From Candidatus Microgenomates bacterium (GTDB lineage: Bacteria; Patescibacteriota; Microgenomatia; UBA8517), in contig JBEKQV010000003.1 in assembly GCA_049519355.1 (NCBI GenBank), positions 83,646 through 147,645 on the forward strand: 64,000 bases of DNA, given 5' to 3'. Under the pieces are notes generated by a model that saw nothing but the letters and a program-made list of their open reading frames with translations, made no database searches and had not been told where the DNA came from. This document shows positions 55,761-63,511 of this stretch, in pieces. Each line of letters opens with the position of its first letter. Positions within the stretch are counted from its first letter, which is position 1. The position numbers and the translations under genes were made by a program.

Positions 55761-55897
55761 GGACTTTTTGGAATTGTCGGTTGGCAGAAGATATGAAATT
55801 CAGCATAAAGGTGTTATAATACCCTTACCTCGGCTAGTCTGAGGCAGACGCAAGTCGAAACTTCTTACTAAAGCTTCGTTTGCGTACTCAAAACAGA

Positions 55898-56320
55898 ATG
55901 GCAAAAAAGGTTAAAGTAGTCGTCAAAATCAATTTACAGGCAGGGGCCGCAACCCCCGCTCCTCCCGTCGGAACTGCATTGGGACAGCACGGTGTTGCCA
56001 TCATGGATTTTGTTAAGCAGTACAACGACAGAACCAAAGATATGAAAGGGCAGGTCGCCCCCGCAGTAATTACAATTTATGAAGATAGATCCTTCACCTT
56101 CACCATTAAAAAAGCACCTGTCGCCGACATGATTAAAAAGGCGATGGGAATTGAAAAAGGTTCGGGTGTCGCCCCAAGAGAAAGCCCGGGTTCCTTAACT
56201 AAGGCACAGGTAAGAACCATTGCCGAGGAAAAATTGTCCGATCTTAATACCACAGATGTGGAAGCCGCAATGAAAATTGTCGAAGGAACGGCCCGTTCAA
56301 TGGGCATAACTGTGCAATAA
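55898..56320 (+). CDS. rplK: 50S ribosomal protein L11
   Basis: [33 protein letters not shown] is a canonical L11 N-terminus. Confidence 0.9.
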   Translation: MAKKVKVVVKINLQAGAATPAPPVGTALGQHGVAIMDFVKQYNDRTKDMKGQVAPAVITIYEDRSFTFTIKKAPVADMIKKAMGIEKGSGVAPRESPGSLTKAQVRTIAEEKLSDLNTTDVEAAMKIVEGTARSMGITVQ

Positions 56321-56322
56321 AC

Positions 56323-57114
56323 ATGGGAAAAATGAAAATGGCCCCAGTTGGGGAAAACAAAAATAAAGAAAAAAGTGAGAAGGCTCATAAAGCGGAAGCC
56401 GAGAAAGTTCATTTGTCGGGGCTTAAGGGAGGCCAAAGAGTCAAAATGGTGGAAGTTGAAGAAACACCGACGGCTGAAACTACCGCCGAGGGCGAAGCCG
56501 TCAAAAAAGGCGGAAGAAAAATTGTTGAGAAGGTCAGAGGCAAGAAATACGTTGAATCAAAAAAGAAATTTGATAACACCAAAACCTACTCCGCCACCGA
56601 GGCAATTAAACTGGTTAAAGAAACCTCGTACTCAAAATTTGACGGAACCGTCGAGCTTCATTTGATTGTTAAAAAGACGGGAATTTCGGCACAGGTATCC
56701 TTGCCTCACCAGGCCGGTAAAACCAAGAAAATTGAGGTTGCTTCCGACGAAACCGTCGAAAAGTTGAGATCCGGCAACATTGACTTTGATATTTTGGTTG
56801 CCACCCCTGAGATGATGCCAAAACTCGTTCCTTTTGCCAGGCTTCTGGGACCCAAAGGCCTCATGCCAAATCCCAAAAACGGAACGCTTGTCCCTGATTC
56901 CAAAAAGGCTCAAGGCTTCTCATCCAACAGTGTCGTCCTTAAAACCGAAAAAGAGGCGCCCCTTATTCACACCGTAATAGGCAAGGTCAGCCAGGACGGT
57001 AAAGAACTTGCCGAAAATTTGGAAACAATCTTTAAAGCCTTCGGAGGCGGAAAACAGATTGACAAAGCCTATATTAAGGCTACAATGGGGCCGTCTGTTA
57101 AAGTAAAGATTTAA
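56323..57114 (+). CDS. rplA: 50S ribosomal protein L1 with a ~75-aa Lys/Glu-rich N-terminal extension
   Basis: L1 core from KKYVESKKKFDNTKTYSATEAIKLVKE...ELHLIV...PHQAGK. The upstream in-frame region MGKMKMAPVGENKNKEKSEKAHKAEAEK... is low-complexity. Confidence 0.85.
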   Translation: MGKMKMAPVGENKNKEKSEKAHKAEAEKVHLSGLKGGQRVKMVEVEETPTAETTAEGEAVKKGGRKIVEKVRGKKYVESKKKFDNTKTYSATEAIKLVKETSYSKFDGTVELHLIVKKTGISAQVSLPHQAGKTKKIEVASDETVEKLRSGNIDFDILVATPEMMPKLVPFARLLGPKGLMPNPKNGTLVPDSKKAQGFSSNSVVLKTEKEAPLIHTVIGKVSQDGKELAENLETIFKAFGGGKQIDKAYIKATMGPSVKVKI

Positions 57115-57127
57115 CAGGAGAAAAGCT

Positions 57128-57391
57128 ATGATAGAATTTTGTAAAATACCCGGTTATTATCCGGGACATATGGGAGAAGGGCCTAATTCATTAGGGCCGG
57201 GTGCAGTAGATCCTAAAGCACGTGCGATTATCGCCGATGCGGTCAGGAGAATTAATGAAGAATACCAACAAAGCGCGAGACAATTCTCGTCTACTGTTAC
57301 CAGGGTTACCGGAACAGCCGAAGCAGACCGTGCAGCCGGTCAAATGCTAAAACCACCTACTTCATTTATGAAAAAGGGAAGCAGAGGTTGA
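57128..57391 (+). CDS. Questionable small ORF (87 aa) in the rplA-rplJ spacer, with a good SD (AGGAG 8-9 nt upstream)
   Basis: The ORF has an upstream SD, but the region is GC-rich and dense in hairpins (CCCGGTTATTATCCGGG; GGCCTAATTCATTAGGCC), so it may be leader RNA rather than protein-coding. Confidence 0.2.
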   Translation: MIEFCKIPGYYPGHMGEGPNSLGPGAVDPKARAIIADAVRRINEEYQQSARQFSSTVTRVTGTAEADRAAGQMLKPPTSFMKKGSRG

Positions 57392-57421
57392 CATATTGGT
57401 CCGGCTGTCAGATAATACCTA
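57388..57421 (+). promoter_or_regulatory. Sigma70-like promoter for rplJL: TTGACA-18-ATAATA
   Basis: gaggTTGACAtattggtccggctgtcagATAATAcc. Consensus -35 and near-consensus -10 about 100 nt upstream of the rplJ ATG. Confidence 0.45.
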
Positions 57422-57483
57422 GGTCCGAAGAAAGTATGTTTTCCGAAAGGATGTAAACCATACCGAGGCAAAGTTTAGATTAT

Positions 57484-57508
57484 GCGCGCCTCGGGCGCGT
57501 TTTTTTTT
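57484..57508 (+). terminator. Intrinsic-terminator-like hairpin (GCGCGCC-TCG-GGCGCG + T9) in the rplJ leader; candidate L10-leader attenuator
   Basis: GC stem of 6-7 bp followed by TTTTTTTTT, ending 12 nt before the rplJ start codon. Confidence 0.45.
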
Positions 57509-57520
57509 GGATAAATCAAA

Positions 57521-58057
57521 ATGAAAAAGGCAGAAAAAGTCACATTTGTAGATAACTTAAAAGAAGAGCTCAAAGGAGCCAAATCCGTAGTTTTGGTCAA
57601 CTATGCCGGTTTGGGCGTTAAAGCCCAACAAGAGCTTAAAAAGAGACTTTCCGAAAGTGGAGCCAAGATGGTTGTCGTTAAAAACACTCTTTTCAAGCGA
57701 GCAGGTGAAGCCGCAGGTATTGATAAGGAACTCCTAAGCGATTCAATTCTTTCAGGCCAAACCGCGTTGGTAATTTCCAGCGAAGATCCCATTACCCCCA
57801 TCCAAACTCTCGGCAAATTTGCCAAGGAATTTACCAGCGAGGCAGGACTCCCGATTCCTAAATTTAAAGTCGGTGTTGTTGAAGGCTCATTCCAGGACGA
57901 AGGCTCTTTGGTTAAACTCGCCTCTCTTCCGGGACGCGACGCCCTTCTCGGGCAGCTACTTGGAACACTTATGGGTGCCGAATATGGTTTGGTCGGAACA
58001 TTGAATGCAAATTTGCAGAAACTGGTTTATGTCTTAGACACAGCCAGTAAAAAATAA
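57521..58057 (+). CDS. rplJ: 50S ribosomal protein L10
   Basis: 178 aa. MKKAEKVTFVDNLKEELKGAKSVVLVNYAGLGV is L10-typical. Confidence 0.9.
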   Translation: MKKAEKVTFVDNLKEELKGAKSVVLVNYAGLGVKAQQELKKRLSESGAKMVVVKNTLFKRAGEAAGIDKELLSDSILSGQTALVISSEDPITPIQTLGKFAKEFTSEAGLPIPKFKVGVVEGSFQDEGSLVKLASLPGRDALLGQLLGTLMGAEYGLVGTLNANLQKLVYVLDTASKK

Positions 58058-58076
58058 GATAAGGAGGTGAAATAAG

Positions 58077-58484
58077 ATGGCAGAAGAATCAAAGAAAGTA
58101 TCAGAAAAAGTAGAAAATATCGTTTCCGATGTTGCAAAACTTTCCGTAATGGAGTTGTCCGAATTGGTCGGAGCCTTACAGGAAAAGCTAGGAGTTTCCG
58201 CAGCTATGCCGGTTGCCGCAGCAGCGGCCCCAGCTACGGCAGGAGAAGCCCCGGCGGCTGATGCAGGCAACGCAACCCAAACTGTTGTTATGACAGGTTC
58301 GGGTGCCAATAAAATTGCTGTTATTAAGGCTTTGAGGGAAATTAATCCCAATTTAACCTTAATGGATGCAAAAGGCATGACCGAAACACTCCCCGCAGAA
58401 GTTTTGAAAGACGCTAAGGCGGAAGACGCCAAAAGCGCTTCAGAAAAACTGAAGGCAGCCGGAGCAACTGTTGAGCTAAAATAA
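58077..58484 (+). CDS. rplL: 50S ribosomal protein L7/L12
   Basis: N-terminal dimerisation helix, Ala/Pro hinge AAAAPATAGEAPAA, C-terminal domain KIAVIKALREI...LKAAGATVELK. Confidence 0.9.
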   Translation: MAEESKKVSEKVENIVSDVAKLSVMELSELVGALQEKLGVSAAMPVAAAAAPATAGEAPAADAGNATQTVVMTGSGANKIAVIKALREINPNLTLMDAKGMTETLPAEVLKDAKAEDAKSASEKLKAAGATVELK

Positions 58485-58516
58485 CCTTAAAATTATTTTA
58501 GTTTTACAGCAAAATT

Positions 58517-58541
58517 TCCCGCTTAATACGCGGGATTTTTT
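58517..58541 (+). terminator. Rho-independent terminator after rplL
   Basis: TCCCGC-ttaatac-GCGGGA followed by TTTTTT. Confidence 0.6.
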
Positions 58542-58654
58542 GTGGATCAAAATCTCCTTCGCCTTTTATTGGGGATATGAAATTACGCAGATGTTGATGA
58601 TTTTCCGAACAGCTTAATTATTCAATAACTATGTTAAATACCTATATTTCGGAG

Positions 58655-60346
58655 TTAAATTATATGAAGTATTTGGCCTATGTTTTGACCCGCTGCCAGC
58701 CCGGCTTTTATTTTAGGCCATACAACTTTCGCCGTAACCATTTTTGGCTCCTCTACTTTTGTCAAGTCTAAAAGGCCAAGTTTTTCCAAATCAAAAACCG
58801 AAAACAGATCCAATCCGGCAACATAAACCAAGTTTGATATTTCTGTTCCCCGATTATCCTCAGACATAAGGAAATCCAATACAGTCTCTTGTTCGATATA
58901 ATCAATTGCATCCGAAGTCGGTGCATAACCGCTCGCATCGGTTAGCGGAGTGTTTCTCCTAAATATCCGCATCGCCCTTCTAAAGGAATTATCTACGGCT
59001 TCCTGAAATTTGTCTTTGTCTTCAAATAGACTTTTTAGCGGCACTCCAAAATTTCTTTCTGAATAAAGGTCCGCAATGGCCAGAAAAACATCCTTAAAAC
59101 TTCCGCCCGCCATTTTACTTTCCAACCCGGTAAAAAAGTAAGGTTCCGCTCTTCCTTTCATCCCCGCAACCATTTCTTGTGTTTTACCTTCGATATACAT
59201 TGCGGCTCCTTCCGAAAGAATGCCTGTTCTGCCCATCGATTTTTGTTCAAACAACTTTAACGAAACAGGTCCGGCCAGCTCCTTGTTTACATGCCGCAAG
59301 ACATGCCCTTCGATCTCGTGGGCTAAAACCGTCAAAGTATCAACCAGTCCCCTTTCAAAATTTTTCGGGATAGCAATTTTTCTGACCACATCAGAACCGG
59401 ATTTATACTGAACCGCCAAAGTAGACCTGCCGTCTTCGATAACCACATTCCACTTCCGGTCTCCCGAATTAAGTCCATATTCATTAAGAACCATTTCCGC
59501 CAGTACCTTCGCCTGTCCGGAGTTTACCAATACCGAGTTAAACTTCCGGTACTCCGGAGTTTCTATGGGTAATTCCGCTTTCCTTTTTGATGCATATTGA
59601 CGGAGCCGCCCGGGAATACTTTCAAACATTCCTTTGGCGTTAAATTCCGACCCAATTCCATTGAGAAAATGGTCTATTCTCTCCAGCTTCCTCGAATCCA
59701 CTCCCTCATTTTCATAAAGATTTGCAAGTGCCACATTTACTCTTTTCCTGTAAATATTTAAGATTACGCTTTGTCCCTCAAAAAAATCTCCATTATTTCC
59801 GGATTGGGAAATTTCTTTTTTTAGCTCGGCCTTAAGAATCCTGAGATTTTTAATTTCTTCGGCAAGGTCTTCGGGATCAACAACTCTTTTAATTCTTACG
59901 GGATTTTCAACTCCGCCTACATCTCCTTTTGATGCAATCAGTTCTTCCGTAAATTTATTTTTTGCCCACTCATAAGAAAAATCATGAGCTTTTTCCCTTT
60001 TATCTTTGGGAATCTTCGATAAATCCGCTTCCATAAAAATTCTCTCGATGTCCTTTGCGTCAACCTCGCCTAAACGCGGCGTCTCCTTACCGCCTAAATA
60101 GATGTCGGTAAAAAGTTTCTTCCCTTCTTCGGTTGTAAAAGCTCCTGGGTAAATTGTATGCTCCGTAATTTCAAAATGTGTGGCTCTCTCATATTTGGTA
60201 AAAAGCCCTTCCTCGAAAACTTTCAGCCGGACTTTTTCATCCAATGACAACTCCAGGGGCTTAACGGCTAATAACGATTCCATATTTCCAACAGCTTCTG
60301 AAGCTCTCAGAGGGTACGAATAATCGGATTCTGTAGTACCGCTCAT
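58655..60346 (-). CDS. HExxxH metallopeptidase-like protein, inferred DUF1704 / MATCAP-like (gluzincin carboxypeptidase family)
   Basis: 563 aa. LAHEIEGHVLRH (H-E-x-x-x-H spacing) and, ~40 aa downstream, GILSEGAAMYIEG resembling the QEGLA Glu-ligand motif of DUF1704. It is the last gene of a tight operon with three ATP-grasp ligases. Confidence 0.45.
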   Translation of the reverse strand: MSGTTESDYSYPLRASEAVGNMESLLAVKPLELSLDEKVRLKVFEEGLFTKYERATHFEITEHTIYPGAFTTEEGKKLFTDIYLGGKETPRLGEVDAKDIERIFMEADLSKIPKDKREKAHDFSYEWAKNKFTEELIASKGDVGGVENPVRIKRVVDPEDLAEEIKNLRILKAELKKEISQSGNNGDFFEGQSVILNIYRKRVNVALANLYENEGVDSRKLERIDHFLNGIGSEFNAKGMFESIPGRLRQYASKRKAELPIETPEYRKFNSVLVNSGQAKVLAEMVLNEYGLNSGDRKWNVVIEDGRSTLAVQYKSGSDVVRKIAIPKNFERGLVDTLTVLAHEIEGHVLRHVNKELAGPVSLKLFEQKSMGRTGILSEGAAMYIEGKTQEMVAGMKGRAEPYFFTGLESKMAGGSFKDVFLAIADLYSERNFGVPLKSLFEDKDKFQEAVDNSFRRAMRIFRRNTPLTDASGYAPTSDAIDYIEQETVLDFLMSEDNRGTEISNLVYVAGLDLFSVFDLEKLGLLDLTKVEEPKMVTAKVVWPKIKAGLAAGQNIGQILHII

Positions 60347-60388
60347 GTTTATATATTACTCTTTTACAGGCTTTAAAAAGGCAAGTTC

Positions 60389-61330
60389 TTAAGAAAATAG
60401 CGATTTTAAGATGTCTTTTGTGGCATCATATTGGTGCCCCTTAGAGTCCATCCAATGCAAATCATAACCCGGATCTGTGTTAAGTTCGATTATGCAGTAC
60501 GGAGAATTTGCCTTAGTTATATCGGGGCAAATTATGTCTACACCCGAAAACCGGAGGTCAAAAAGTTTAACCGCACGCAAAACCATCTCCCTAAATTTGG
60601 GATTAACAATATTTGTTACATCCTCCACCACTCCGCCGGTGTGAATATTTGCGTTTCTTCTCATCAAAATCTTTTTTCCTTTGGAGGGAATATCGTTTAT
60701 TGTTAGATTCTGCTCCGCCAAAACTCTTTCGACTTCAAAACCCAACTTTAATGAATCTCCTCCCCGGCCGATATTATATTTGGCAACAAGCTCAGAAATT
60801 TTTGTTTTTCCGTCTCCGATAATAGCCGGCGGGACACGTCTGGCAACCGCCAAGATTTTTCCGTCAAGAACCAGGAAACGGAAGTCCTCACCCGGAAAAA
60901 ACTCTTCCACCAAAACCTCATCATAACTTTCCCGTATTTTTTCAAAAGCTTTTTTTAAAACCTCAAGATTTTCAATTTTGACAATTGCCATTTTTCCACC
61001 CAGTGAAGTATCCGGTTTGGTGACCAAAGGAAAATTTATTTTGCCGGTTTTTATTGCGGCCGAAACTTCTTTCCATTCTCCCGTTAAAATTCCTCTTGGC
61101 GCCGGGAAACCTGCATCTCTAAGAACCCTTTTTGTTAAATCTTTCCTTTTAACAATTTCAAAGTCGACTATCGAGTTAAAAGGAAAATGCTTGCCGATTG
61201 TCAAAACACTTTTACCACCTTTTGATATCTTGTAGACTCTACGGTCGGACGGATAAACCTCAACCAAATATCCCAATCTTTCGGCTTTTTCAGCAAAAAC
61301 CTCCATCAGCATTTTGTGTTTGGTTTTCAT
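60389..61330 (-). CDS. ATP-grasp ligase, cyanophycin-synthetase-N-domain-like
   Basis: 313 aa. FPLVTKPDTSLGGKMAIV, VLVEEFFPGEDFRFLVLDGKILAVARRVPPAIIGDGKTKISELV (CphA-like RVPA..GDG segment), IIELNTDPG. Confidence 0.55.
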   Translation of the reverse strand: MKTKHKMLMEVFAEKAERLGYLVEVYPSDRRVYKISKGGKSVLTIGKHFPFNSIVDFEIVKRKDLTKRVLRDAGFPAPRGILTGEWKEVSAAIKTGKINFPLVTKPDTSLGGKMAIVKIENLEVLKKAFEKIRESYDEVLVEEFFPGEDFRFLVLDGKILAVARRVPPAIIGDGKTKISELVAKYNIGRGGDSLKLGFEVERVLAEQNLTINDIPSKGKKILMRRNANIHTGGVVEDVTNIVNPKFREMVLRAVKLFDLRFSGVDIICPDITKANSPYCIIELNTDPGYDLHWMDSKGHQYDATKDILKSLFS

Positions 61331-62220
61331 AAATTTATGAGAAATTTTAAAATCTCCCTTTCAACATTGAAACCCGTGTCTCTTTTAATCGAGTTCCACT
61401 TGGGCGCCGAATTTACCTCCAAAACAAATAATTTTTTATTTTTGGTTTCCAAAATATCTACCCCCGCAATATCAATAGATAATGCTTTTGCGGCTTTTTC
61501 CGCCATACTAGAATACTTAGACGGAACTTTTTTGTAAGAACGATTTGGGGGAAGTTCTTTAGAAAATCTATTCACCCAACGCTGCGGACGAACAATAGCC
61601 GCTTTTGCTTTTTCGCCAATTACAAATACTCTAATTCTTATACTCGCCTTAATAAATTCCTGAACAATAAACCGCTCACATGTCAACTTGCGGGCTTTAA
61701 GTTTTTTGACAAGCTGGGCTAATTCCGATTGATTTCCCGGCGACCAGACCGCCCTTCCCCTTTTACCGTTAGTCCCTTTAACAACAAGAGGAAAACCAAT
61801 TTTATCCGGGGCTTTTGTAACCATCCGGCGCAAGGTCATAAACATCGTATGCGGAACAGGCACTCCACTTTCATAAAGAAGCATTGTTTCCAATCCCTTC
61901 GGCAGCGGAAGCTTAACAAACTCAGGTTTCTCATATAATCTATCCACTATCCTTATACCTCTCCTTTTGGCATAGTCGGCAACGATGGCAGCATTTTCCG
62001 TGCTATCACCCAGAAGTCTGAAATATATGACACCAAAGTCGGCTAGATTCCTATCGCCAATTTTTATAGACGATCCTTTGCCGGCAGACTCAATATCATA
62101 TTCGAGATCGCTAAAGGCCGCTATTTTCAGGTCGGTGCCAAGAACTTTTGCCTCCTTTGAAAACGCGGAAAGATTACTGACTTTTCCTCCCGTTAAAATT
62201 AAAATTTTCTTGTTTTTCAT
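61327..62220 (-). CDS. RimK-type ATP-grasp ligase (alpha-L-glutamate ligase family)
   Basis: 297 aa. FPLVVKGTNGKRGRAV, FIVQEFIKASIRIRVFVIGE, GVDILETKNKKLFVLEVNSAPKW. Small N-terminal pre-ATP-grasp domain as in RimK. Confidence 0.75.
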   Translation of the reverse strand: MKNKKILILTGGKVSNLSAFSKEAKVLGTDLKIAAFSDLEYDIESAGKGSSIKIGDRNLADFGVIYFRLLGDSTENAAIVADYAKRRGIRIVDRLYEKPEFVKLPLPKGLETMLLYESGVPVPHTMFMTLRRMVTKAPDKIGFPLVVKGTNGKRGRAVWSPGNQSELAQLVKKLKARKLTCERFIVQEFIKASIRIRVFVIGEKAKAAIVRPQRWVNRFSKELPPNRSYKKVPSKYSSMAEKAAKALSIDIAGVDILETKNKKLFVLEVNSAPKWNSIKRDTGFNVEREILKFLINL

Positions 62221-63506
62221 TCTGAATTTGGGTTAACCAAAAAACCCGCCATATCGCTTCTACCCATCAAAAATCTGTTTGACATCTTTGACCTATCCGT
62301 GACCGAAACAAAGGATTTGATTCTTTTGCCGGCAACGACATATTCCACTCCTATGACAGGCCTTGCCTGCAATCCGCCGGCGGAGCGGTATTTATCTCTC
62401 CACAAGATATTTCCCTTAACCAAAAGTCCCAATTCTTCGGCAAGTTTCTTATCTATTGAACTCCTTACGGCACCTGTATCTACCCTCGCCATAACTTTAA
62501 CCCTCTTGGATTTGTCAAAACTGTAGACCTTAATTCCCTCCAAACCTTTAAGAGTTTTAATACCTTCCTCAACCGCTCTTCTATTCTCAAACCTTCCGGC
62601 AAAAAGAGCTTTGGCGATCATAACTCCATGTTCCGCATCGGTAACATTAAGATCTTCAACCCTTTCAAGCCTCTTTTTAAGACCTTCCATATTGGCAAGT
62701 TGTATCTGAAGCCCGGGTTGTGCGTTAAGTTCCAACACCATGGGACCCTTATCGGGATGAAGCACTATATCTACTCCTGCATAACCCAACCCCGAGGCAA
62801 TTTGGGCCCGTACCGCAGTCTCCAAAATGGCAGTCCAATTGGGTATTTTTATTCCTCGGAGTTTCCTCTCCGTCCCGGGTTTGAATACAATTTGCTCTCC
62901 GTGCCAAATGGCGGTTGTGGTAATTCCCGTTGCAATGTCTACTCCGACTCCAATGGCACCTTGGTGCAAGTTCGCCCTTCCTCCACTCTCTTTTGTAGGC
63001 AAACGAAGCATCGCCATAACCGGAACTTTGTTAAAAACGATTATCCGAATATCCGGAGTCCCCCGGTATGCCCATCTCCTAAAGACTTTTGCGCGGCCGA
63101 CATATTCCTGAACGAAAGCCACATCCGGAACATTTCCCATAGAGAAAGCGCCTTCCAATATATCAAGTGTATGAAGCTTAAGATCATCAATTTTTACGCG
63201 TGTTTTCTGGGTAGTCATCCAGCCGCTATCCTTGAGCTTTTTTTTGACAACAATGATTCCCTCTCCACCCATACCGCGACTTGGCTTCAGGGCAAATTCA
63301 TCGGGAAGCGTGTTCCAATCAAACTCATAGACATCATTAGGATTCATAAACCTCTTATAAATTGCAGGGTGAGGAACTTCAGCCTTTTTGAGTACTCTTG
63401 CGGTCTGAATTTTGGAATCGGCGATAGCCTTACCACGCCTGGAATTATACCTGTAGGCAAAAAGCTGGGTTCTGGAATTCAATCCCAAAATTGAGGATAT
63501 TTTCAT
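62217..63506 (-). CDS. Fusion: ATPgrasp_ST (alpha-L-glutamate-ligase-related) ATP-grasp domain + C-terminal retropepsin-like aspartyl-protease domain (RimK-associated Zn_protease family)
   Basis: N-terminus LGLNSRTQLFAYRYNSRRGKAIADSKIQTARVL...FALKPSRGMGGEGI. C-terminal ~110 aa VKVMARVDTGAVRSSID...FLMGRSDMAGFLVNP with the D-T-G-A catalytic signature. Confidence 0.65.
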   Translation of the reverse strand: MKISSILGLNSRTQLFAYRYNSRRGKAIADSKIQTARVLKKAEVPHPAIYKRFMNPNDVYEFDWNTLPDEFALKPSRGMGGEGIIVVKKKLKDSGWMTTQKTRVKIDDLKLHTLDILEGAFSMGNVPDVAFVQEYVGRAKVFRRWAYRGTPDIRIIVFNKVPVMAMLRLPTKESGGRANLHQGAIGVGVDIATGITTTAIWHGEQIVFKPGTERKLRGIKIPNWTAILETAVRAQIASGLGYAGVDIVLHPDKGPMVLELNAQPGLQIQLANMEGLKKRLERVEDLNVTDAEHGVMIAKALFAGRFENRRAVEEGIKTLKGLEGIKVYSFDKSKRVKVMARVDTGAVRSSIDKKLAEELGLLVKGNILWRDKYRSAGGLQARPVIGVEYVVAGKRIKSFVSVTDRSKMSNRFLMGRSDMAGFLVNPNSE

Positions 63507-63511
63507 AATTT

